The notes beneath the pieces are model-generated. The model was given only the letters and a program-made list of their open reading frames with translations, did not search any database and had not been told where the DNA came from. The position numbers and the translations under genes are program-made. This document shows, piece by piece, positions 57,486 through 64,000 of a stretch of DNA of 64,000 nucleotides. Source of the stretch: Candidatus Bathyarchaeia archaeon (lineage in GTDB: Archaea > Thermoproteota > Bathyarchaeia > Bathyarchaeales > Bathycorpusculaceae); the NCBI GenBank assembly GCA_038883715.1, contig JAVZLS010000001.1, positions 64,001 through 128,000 of the forward strand, written 5' to 3'. Every line of letters starts with the position of its first letter. Position 1 is the first letter of the stretch.

Positions 57486-58206
57486 AGACGCCTTAATAAT
57501 CGCCGCTTTAAAGGCTGTTCCAGACCTGAAAAGGCAGCCTTTAATCTTAATGACTATGGGCTTAATAAGTGCCATACCTCTCTTCTTTATGTTGGTCTTT
57601 GGAGGTCAAATTGGCTACGGTCTGGTAGGCGCCATAATCTCGACTGTGGGATTCATAGGCATAGCCTCCGCCATCCAAGACATAACCTTTGACAGGTATG
57701 TGAAAATTAGAGAGATGATCGTCGCCATGCCGGTTCACCCAATCTCATACATGGTTGGAGTAGCCCTAGCCTCGCTGCTGTTTGCTTCTCCCGGCGTCGC
57801 CTTTTTCATAGCGCTGACACTGTGGCTTGGCTATCTGCCACTGCAAGCGTTAGGCTGGATTATTGCGATTCTGCTCTTGTGCTGGGCTGTTTTAAGTTGT
57901 ATAGGTTTTGTTGTATCCACGTACCTGCGAAGAGCAAGCATTTATACGCTAAACAACTTGTCCAACATCCTTGGAATAGGCTTGATTTTCATCCCGCCAG
58001 TTTATTACCCAGAGGAGTTGCTTGGAGGGTTGAGCTGGATAGCCATCTTGTTTCCAACGTCTAACGCTGCCGGACTGATAAGGGCTCACTCAGGCTTGGC
58101 GGCATTCTCACAAGAGATTATTTTAATTCGCTGGGTTGTCCTTTCGGCTACGCTTGTTTTCGCCGTCTTGCTTGTGGCATTTAAGGCGAAGTGGAGAGAA
58201 ACCTAA
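57463..58206 (+). CDS. ABC-2 type permease
   Basis: Six TMs, PPVYYP, overlaps the ATPase gene. Confidence 0.88.
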   Translation: MKLRKMVKDALIIAALKAVPDLKRQPLILMTMGLISAIPLFFMLVFGGQIGYGLVGAIISTVGFIGIASAIQDITFDRYVKIREMIVAMPVHPISYMVGVALASLLFASPGVAFFIALTLWLGYLPLQALGWIIAILLLCWAVLSCIGFVVSTYLRRASIYTLNNLSNILGIGLIFIPPVYYPEELLGGLSWIAILFPTSNAAGLIRAHSGLAAFSQEIILIRWVVLSATLVFAVLLVAFKAKWRET

Positions 58207-58215
58207 ACACCCCCT

Positions 58216-60012
58216 TTAAATGGACTGCACTGGAAAGCGTTCATACTGTAGCTCATACAATTTCTTTAGCTTATCTAACGTATCAATCTCATCCACCGTT
58301 TTGTCTGTTCTGAAGCGGACTATTTTTGGCACTCTTAGGGCGTAGCCGCTTGTGTACTCGTCTGTTTCTTGAATCTCTTGGTATGTTACCTCCACAACAA
58401 CTGTTGGCTTTACGAAGACCCCTTCGTCGTCTTCTCTGGTTTTTGTCCTTTCAATAACCGTTGTAAGCGCGTCCATGGTTTGTTCTGGTAGGTTGGATAC
58501 CTTTCCGATGGTGTAGAGTTTTTTCTCTTTTGGATCTCGCACCGCCAACATGAAGGACGAGTAGAGCCCCGCACGTCTCCCCTTTCCGTATAGGGCTTTT
58601 ACTATTGTGCAGTCTATTGTGTCGCGTTCTGGTTTCAGTTTAAGCCATGTGTAGGTGCGCTGTCCAATCTCGTACGGAGAGCTTAAGTCTTTTACAACTA
58701 TGCCTTCAAAGCCTTTCTTTAGGGCTTCGTCGTAGAAGCGCATCAGTTCAACTTCGTTTTGGCATTCAACGCCCTCAGCCAAATATTCTGGCGGGACAAC
58801 CTCCACTAGGTATTTGCGCCTTTCTGAAAGTGGCAAGCCTATGAGTTCCCGCCCGTTTAGGAAGAGTATATCGAAGGCTCTGTATGTGACGCGGACTTTC
58901 TCCATTCTTTCTGCAAGCTCTTCTGGTGTCAGTTCTCTTGGCACCGTTCTTTCGAGCATTACCTGGAAGGGCAGCGAGTTGCCGTTTGGGTCTACGGCTA
59001 GGACTTCGCCGTCCACAATGCAGCTTTGGGCATTAAACTTCCTGGCTATTTCAACGATTTCCGGCAGCGTCTGCGACTTTTCAACCCCTCGCCTTGAGAA
59101 AATCCATGTCTGGGTTCCCCACTTGTGAATTTGAAGGCGACTCCCATCAATCTTGTATTCTGCTCTAACTGGGTAAACAACTTTGTCCGGCTCGTATAGG
59201 TGGGCCAGTTGGGGTCTTATGAACTGTCCGGGGCGCATTTTCACTTCTGCTAGTTTTGGCAATCCTTCTGAGGCTAGGCTTATTCCTTCAGCTATACCCA
59301 TTATGGCGCATGCGTTTTGGATTAGCTCCACTGGAACTTGGTAGGCTCTTGCCGCGGCTTTCATGACTGTGCTTGCATAATAGCCAAGTTTTAAGTCGCC
59401 CAGAAGAAGCCGGACAATGTATTTTGCTTCTTGAGGTGTTGCAATCCGCAGCAGACTCGCAACATAGAGTTCGCGTTCCTTAACGCCTTTCAGTCTTGGC
59501 AGAAACTTAATCGCCTCATAAACCTCATTTACGGATAGCTTTGGCTCTGAAGGCTTTTTAAGGAGATAAGCCACTTCCCCGTGTTCCCCGTAGTCGATGA
59601 GGAGTGTCCTAACCTCGCTTTTTGAAACGCCAGTTGCTAAGCTTAGGCTTCGCTCCACCAAGCCCGGTCCAACTTTTAGGCTTTCATCAGTTATTATCCC
59701 GAGGGCTAAGCGCGCCTTAACCTCAAGGGAAAGCTCAGCTGTTTGGAAGAATTTAGCTAGCTCCGTCTCTTTCCCCTTTTTCCCGCGGAGCACCGCCAGC
59801 CGCTCATAAACCTCAACTATTTTTGAGAAGGGCATGTCTTTTCTAGGCTCTTTTCCCTCCATGTATAGGCGTATGAGGTAATATGGTATGCCCGTTCGCC
59901 ATTCTATCTGTTCTGGGGAGAAGCCAGCCTCAATTAAGCGGAGAACAGCCTCCCTCTGCGAGCCGTAGGCTTCTATCAGCTCTCTTATGGTGGGCGGCTT
60001 AATCACCGACAT
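58216..60012 (-). CDS. lig: ATP-dependent DNA ligase with ~59-aa HTH-like N-terminal extension
   Basis: EYKIDGSR (motif I), DGEV, FDIL, EGIVVK, WLKLK, ALRVP..RFRTDK. Confidence 0.9.
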   Translation of the reverse strand: MSVIKPPTIRELIEAYGSQREAVLRLIEAGFSPEQIEWRTGIPYYLIRLYMEGKEPRKDMPFSKIVEVYERLAVLRGKKGKETELAKFFQTAELSLEVKARLALGIITDESLKVGPGLVERSLSLATGVSKSEVRTLLIDYGEHGEVAYLLKKPSEPKLSVNEVYEAIKFLPRLKGVKERELYVASLLRIATPQEAKYIVRLLLGDLKLGYYASTVMKAAARAYQVPVELIQNACAIMGIAEGISLASEGLPKLAEVKMRPGQFIRPQLAHLYEPDKVVYPVRAEYKIDGSRLQIHKWGTQTWIFSRRGVEKSQTLPEIVEIARKFNAQSCIVDGEVLAVDPNGNSLPFQVMLERTVPRELTPEELAERMEKVRVTYRAFDILFLNGRELIGLPLSERRKYLVEVVPPEYLAEGVECQNEVELMRFYDEALKKGFEGIVVKDLSSPYEIGQRTYTWLKLKPERDTIDCTIVKALYGKGRRAGLYSSFMLAVRDPKEKKLYTIGKVSNLPEQTMDALTTVIERTKTREDDEGVFVKPTVVVEVTYQEIQETDEYTSGYALRVPKIVRFRTDKTVDEIDTLDKLKKLYELQYERFPVQSI

Positions 60013-60042
60013 TTGTTTTTCTCACTGCCCACTAGTGCGGGG

Positions 60043-61317
60043 CTATTTTGTTTCAGCTTCTGGGGTTTTTGGTATTGGTTCTATTGCCCTTAGGAATCCA
60101 TCCTTTGTTATGTCGACTCTAATTCTTCGGCGTTCAAAGTTGCACATTCTGCAATCCAAAACACGGACTATGCGGACGAATTCCCCTCTGTCAACGCCTA
60201 AATCCACTTGTTGGTCATACCAGTAGACGCGTCCATAATCCACTATTATTGTTCCGTCTAGGTTGTGGGCTAGGCCTATTCCGCCCGCCATATCGTAGCT
60301 GTCCCAGACTTCCGAGCTTCGCTGGTTCACGTAGAGGGCTGTTATGCCATGCACTTGATTGTAGCGGGCTAACTCCATGACACGGTATTTTAGGGCTCCG
60401 CGGTAGGCTTCCAGCACCGTTACAGAGTCTATTATGGCCAGTTCAATCTTCTCCTTCTCGGCTACATAGCGATACGTCTCCGCAAAGGTGTTCCAGTCGC
60501 GGAGCTCGGGATAAGCCACAGTATCCAAAACAAAGAGGTTTTCGCGTATCTTATTCCAGTCCAAGCCTAGAATGTCGGCTTTCTGCTTAAGCCTAGACTG
60601 CAAATCAAAACGCGGAGTGGCACTCTTCCATGTATCTTCAGCCGTTGCATAAAGCACTTTTCTACCAGAGGCAGCAACTTTTACGGCGATTTCTTCAACA
60701 AGTATGGATTTTCCAGCTCCCGGCAAGCCTGTGATGGCGAATTGTCCACAAATTGGGATTCCTCCAAGGCTTTTCCCATCTGGTGTTAGGAAGAGCTGGT
60801 CTAAAAAGGTGCCTGTTGGAAAGCCCAGCAGAGGTTTTTTCGCTTCCACCGCCTCGTCTGGCTTAAGCACTAAAGTGCTTAGCTTTTCTTTGCCCTCCTC
60901 AATCCTCGTTGTCATGGGCTTTGTGGCAAGCTCCCACTCATCCGCTGGTGCTCTAGCACTTTTCAAAGCTTCGGCAAGCGTCTGAGCCATAGCTCTAACA
61001 AGACTTTCTATTTCCGGAGCGGCTGTCTCCGGCTTCGGCTGCACTGCGGCTTCTGAAGGCTTCACAGCGGTTTCAACGAGCTTTTCCGCTGGCTTCGGCT
61101 TTGTCTCCTCGATGGTGAGCGCCCATAACTCGCCCCGCCGCTCCACAACCCCCTCGTTTTTAAGGGATTGTAAAAGTGCGTAGGCAGATTTTGGTCCATA
61201 CTTTGGTATGCCTAAACCTTCTGCAATCTCGCTTAGGGAGGCTTGCCCACCGTGGGCTTTGAGAAACTCAACTATGTCATTTTCCTCAACCATAAACTTT
61301 CCCAGTTTAAACGCCAA
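60043..61317 (-). CDS. KaiC/RecA-superfamily ATPase (AF_0795-like) with N-terminal wHTH and low-complexity linker
   Basis: Walker A GLPGAGKS, Walker B IIDS, AGGIGLAHNLDGTI, DCRMC; N-terminal ASLSEIAEGLGI...LQSLKNEGVVER. Confidence 0.8.
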   Translation of the reverse strand: MAFKLGKFMVEENDIVEFLKAHGGQASLSEIAEGLGIPKYGPKSAYALLQSLKNEGVVERRGELWALTIEETKPKPAEKLVETAVKPSEAAVQPKPETAAPEIESLVRAMAQTLAEALKSARAPADEWELATKPMTTRIEEGKEKLSTLVLKPDEAVEAKKPLLGFPTGTFLDQLFLTPDGKSLGGIPICGQFAITGLPGAGKSILVEEIAVKVAASGRKVLYATAEDTWKSATPRFDLQSRLKQKADILGLDWNKIRENLFVLDTVAYPELRDWNTFAETYRYVAEKEKIELAIIDSVTVLEAYRGALKYRVMELARYNQVHGITALYVNQRSSEVWDSYDMAGGIGLAHNLDGTIIVDYGRVYWYDQQVDLGVDRGEFVRIVRVLDCRMCNFERRRIRVDITKDGFLRAIEPIPKTPEAETK

Positions 61318-61380
61318 CTCTGTTTTCTAAATATTTTTGTAAAAGTTTAGGCTTTTAAATATACCCCTCTACAAGCGACT

Positions 61381-61824
61381 TTAAACGTGCCTTTCAACAG
61401 GCTCAACAAACTCTATGGATACGCTTTTGCCTCTTTTTCTCCATCGCTGTTTTCTGAGCTGCTCCCTAATCATGGCTAAGGCGTTTTCCATTCCGAAGGG
61501 TTTCAAAAGAAATGGATGTGGCTTCTTGCTGACTTTGCCGACCATTTCTTTAATTTGGCGAAGTGAAGGCTCGTCGGCGATAAGTATGATTTGAGTTGAA
61601 GGCGCCATCCTACCCATCTTTTTTAGAAAAGCTGTTAGTTCCATGTCTGTTAGGGAGTAATCTACAATAGCAATGTTGGGATGCTTTACCTTGGCTATTT
61701 TTAGGGCTTCTTCCCCTGTTTTTGCCGTTTCAACCGTGTAGCCCACATACTCAAAAACTGTTTGCAGAATTTTTCTTATGCTTTCGTCGTCGTCGACAAC
61801 AAGGATTCTGGCACTTTCACCCAT
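61381..61824 (-). CDS. receiver-domain protein (partly degenerate)
   Basis: ILVVDDD, IVDY, LLKPF; Ala at the position of the conserved Thr/Ser. Confidence 0.8.
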   Translation of the reverse strand: MGESARILVVDDDESIRKILQTVFEYVGYTVETAKTGEEALKIAKVKHPNIAIVDYSLTDMELTAFLKKMGRMAPSTQIILIADEPSLRQIKEMVGKVSKKPHPFLLKPFGMENALAMIREQLRKQRWRKRGKSVSIEFVEPVERHV

Positions 61825-63767
61825 ACCTTTTCCTCCTTTACTCTTTCTGTTTTAGGCTTAACTGGAATTGCCACCGTGAAAGTTGTGCCCTTGTTTGGAG
61901 CGCTCTCCACAGTAATTTTGCCGTTGTGTGCCTCCACTATGCGTTTGCATATGGGCAAGCCGAGCCCCAAACCCTTAGCCTTTGTTGTAAAGAAGGGTGT
62001 CCAAATTTTTTCCGAAAATTCTTTTGACATGCCAACCCCAGTGTCTGTGAAGGAAATTTCCATAAAATTATCGATTTTTCTGCTGGAGATTGTTAGTTTT
62101 CCACCCTCTGGCATTGCGGCAATGGCGTTCTTAATTATGTTGACAAAAACCCTTTTCATTTTTTCCTTATCCACAATCATCAGGTCGCCTGTGGTTTCAT
62201 CAATGACTACGATTTTTCTAGGGACTTTAATGGTGGATAATGTTTCCATCAGCAAATCTTTCGGAGTTGTCTCCGAAAAGTTCAGCTTAATCTCCCTGGA
62301 ATAGTCAAGTAAGTCTGCAAGAACATTGTTGGAGTACTCCACATCCTTCTCAATTATTTTAAGCATTTTCTTTGCCTTTGTGTCCATATTTTGCCAAAAC
62401 TTTTTCTTCAAATAGTAAACAGCGACGGCTATGCTTGTCAAAGGATTTCTTAGGTCATGACCAACCATAGCTGCCACTTGTCCAATAGCAGCAAGCCTTT
62501 CCGCTCGTAGAAGACGCTCCTGCGCCTCTCGCAACTGCTTTGTTCTCTCCTCAACTAGGGTTTCCAGTCGCCTAGAATACTCCTCAAGTTTTTCTCGCAT
62601 CTGCTCCCTTTCAGTTACATCTCTGGCAACAATTAAAACACCCGATATTTTATCTCCAACTCTAATGACAGACGCGGAGCTTTCTAATCGGCGTACTTTT
62701 CCATCGCTACCAACAACCGTGAAGTTTGCAGAGCTGATTTTGCCTTCTAGAGCGTCAGAAAATGCGTCAATAACTTTCTGCAATTCATCGTTTGGAACTG
62801 CGTGCAGTTCGGTGAAATGCCTTCCAATAATTTCCTCCTTTCTACACCCTAAAACTTCTGAAGTTTTTCTATTTACATCTAAAATTTTCCCGTACTGGTC
62901 TAAATAAATAAAGCCGTCGTTGGCGTTTTCAAAAATATTTCTGAATTTTTCTTCAGACTCCTTAAGGGCTGATTCCATTTTTCTACGTTCAGTAACATCC
63001 ATGATGATTGCTAGGGCGCCAGCATAGCTTCCATCTTCATTCCAGAGGGGTGAGGCTGAAACTTGGACAAAGCGAGGCTTTCCATCTTTCCGGTACAGGG
63101 TTAGCTCATAACGGCTGACAAGCCCCTTTCTCCTAGCCTTGGTTTCTTCGGTTATCTTCCTTAAGCCCTTCTCGTCAACAAATCTTAGAAGATTCATGCC
63201 TTGGATTTCTTTCTCGCTGTAGCCAAGCATTTCGGCGAAGGCTTTATTAGCGAAAATTATGTTCTCGTCGGGGTCAACTATTGTTATTCCTTCCATAGCG
63301 TTTTCCAGAAGCATTTCAAAACGCCGATTTGTCTCTTTTAGGCGTGCTTCCATACGCTTAAGTTCTGTAATTTCCGTCATTAATGCCTGAAAACCTAGGG
63401 TCTTGCCGCCGACGATGAACCGTGTGGGCTTAGAAATGAAATAGCGAACTTGTCCACCTTTACATATAACACGGAACTCTAGGGCTCGAGGCTGCCTTTT
63501 TAGGGCGATTATCTTTAGGAAAAGGCGCATAACCCTAAACCTGTCTTCTGGATGGAGAAACTCCATGAAGGTTCTGCCAACAACTTCTTCTGGTTGACAG
63601 CCCAAGACATCAGCCAACGCCCTATTAACATAAACGAAACGTCCTCTAGTGTCTGATATGGCTATGGGCAGAGCCGCATTCTCCACCAAACTTTTGAAGG
63701 CTTCAAGACCCGCTAGAGCCTCTTTTAACTTCTTGTCCATGCCGCCTCTTCCGCAACTTTTAGTCAA
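61776..63767 (-). CDS. cytoplasmic histidine kinase with three PAS domains; start possibly ATG 63740
   Basis: Three PAS/PAC repeats, H box GHDLRNPL, NIIKNA, DTGVG, PFFTTK, GLGLGL. Confidence 0.95.
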   Translation of the reverse strand: MTKSCGRGGMDKKLKEALAGLEAFKSLVENAALPIAISDTRGRFVYVNRALADVLGCQPEEVVGRTFMEFLHPEDRFRVMRLFLKIIALKRQPRALEFRVICKGGQVRYFISKPTRFIVGGKTLGFQALMTEITELKRMEARLKETNRRFEMLLENAMEGITIVDPDENIIFANKAFAEMLGYSEKEIQGMNLLRFVDEKGLRKITEETKARRKGLVSRYELTLYRKDGKPRFVQVSASPLWNEDGSYAGALAIIMDVTERRKMESALKESEEKFRNIFENANDGFIYLDQYGKILDVNRKTSEVLGCRKEEIIGRHFTELHAVPNDELQKVIDAFSDALEGKISSANFTVVGSDGKVRRLESSASVIRVGDKISGVLIVARDVTEREQMREKLEEYSRRLETLVEERTKQLREAQERLLRAERLAAIGQVAAMVGHDLRNPLTSIAVAVYYLKKKFWQNMDTKAKKMLKIIEKDVEYSNNVLADLLDYSREIKLNFSETTPKDLLMETLSTIKVPRKIVVIDETTGDLMIVDKEKMKRVFVNIIKNAIAAMPEGGKLTISSRKIDNFMEISFTDTGVGMSKEFSEKIWTPFFTTKAKGLGLGLPICKRIVEAHNGKITVESAPNKGTTFTVAIPVKPKTERVKEEKVWVKVPESLLSTTTKA

Positions 63768-63869
63768 AATTTCAGTGCGCCAATGATTTAACTTGTATGA
63801 ATGTGGAGTCTAGATTATTACTAACAATACATATTCGGAATCAGAATCCAACTTTGACGAGGCTTGCTG

Positions 63870-64000
63870 TTAAGACCGTCGCTTTTCTATTATTAGCCTC
63901 TCACCGTCAATCTTTACAGTCACGTCCTCTCCAACTTTGAACGGAAAACTGGTGTCCGACGAAACCTCCTTGGGAATGTATATAAAGATTTTCCTATACT
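63870..64000 (-). CDS. AbrB/SpoVT-like small DNA-binding protein, 5' end off the window edge
   Basis: Manual translation: YRKIFIYIPKEVSSDTSFPFKVGEDVTVKIDGERLIIEKRRS*. Confidence 0.6.
   Translation of the reverse strand, partial: YRKIFIYIPKEVSSDTSFPFKVGEDVTVKIDGERLIIEKRRS

Noticed and set aside
1-64000. CRISPR arrays, rRNA genes, long tandem repeats
   Set aside because: None seen. The window is gene-dense and its intergenic gaps are short.

Overview
Archaeal chromosomal DNA, most consistent with a thermophilic Bathyarchaeia (TACK) genome. This rests on TBP, Dph5, pantoate kinase, RbkR/RibL, a BHB-intron tRNA, frequent TTG/GTG starts and PAS-kinase/receiver genes. All product calls come from reading motifs by eye, not from database searches. 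Layout: (1) 1-10 kb housekeeping genes plus an Alba-like gene and two zinc-ribbon Cren7-like genes; (2) 10-17.4 kb a type IV pilus locus whose two promoters share a palindromic site; (3) flavin and diphthamide genes, then tRNA-Lys(CTT) with a non-canonical 30/31 intron; (4) a 17-kb catabolic cluster with three pyrrolysine-free MttB methyltransferases, two corrinoid proteins, a stand-alone MtrH/MtgA, a BKACE/Kce enzyme, two aminotransferases, an APC permease, a ThrC-like enzyme and an agmatinase-like enzyme, which is the best candidate for an undescribed pathway (demethylation and breakdown of an N-methylated amine or amino acid); (5) a redox-stress cluster with a perfect 22-bp palindrome; (6) a RimK/RLAN/GCS2 ligase trio, a frameshifted P-type ATPase, Lhr and an aKMT-like methyltransferase; (7) an ArsR/bactofilin-like/ABC operon; (8) a wHTH-KaiC-like ATPase paired with an N-terminally extended DNA ligase; (9) a PAS histidine kinase and receiver. 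No CRISPR array, rRNA, integrase or transposase was seen.
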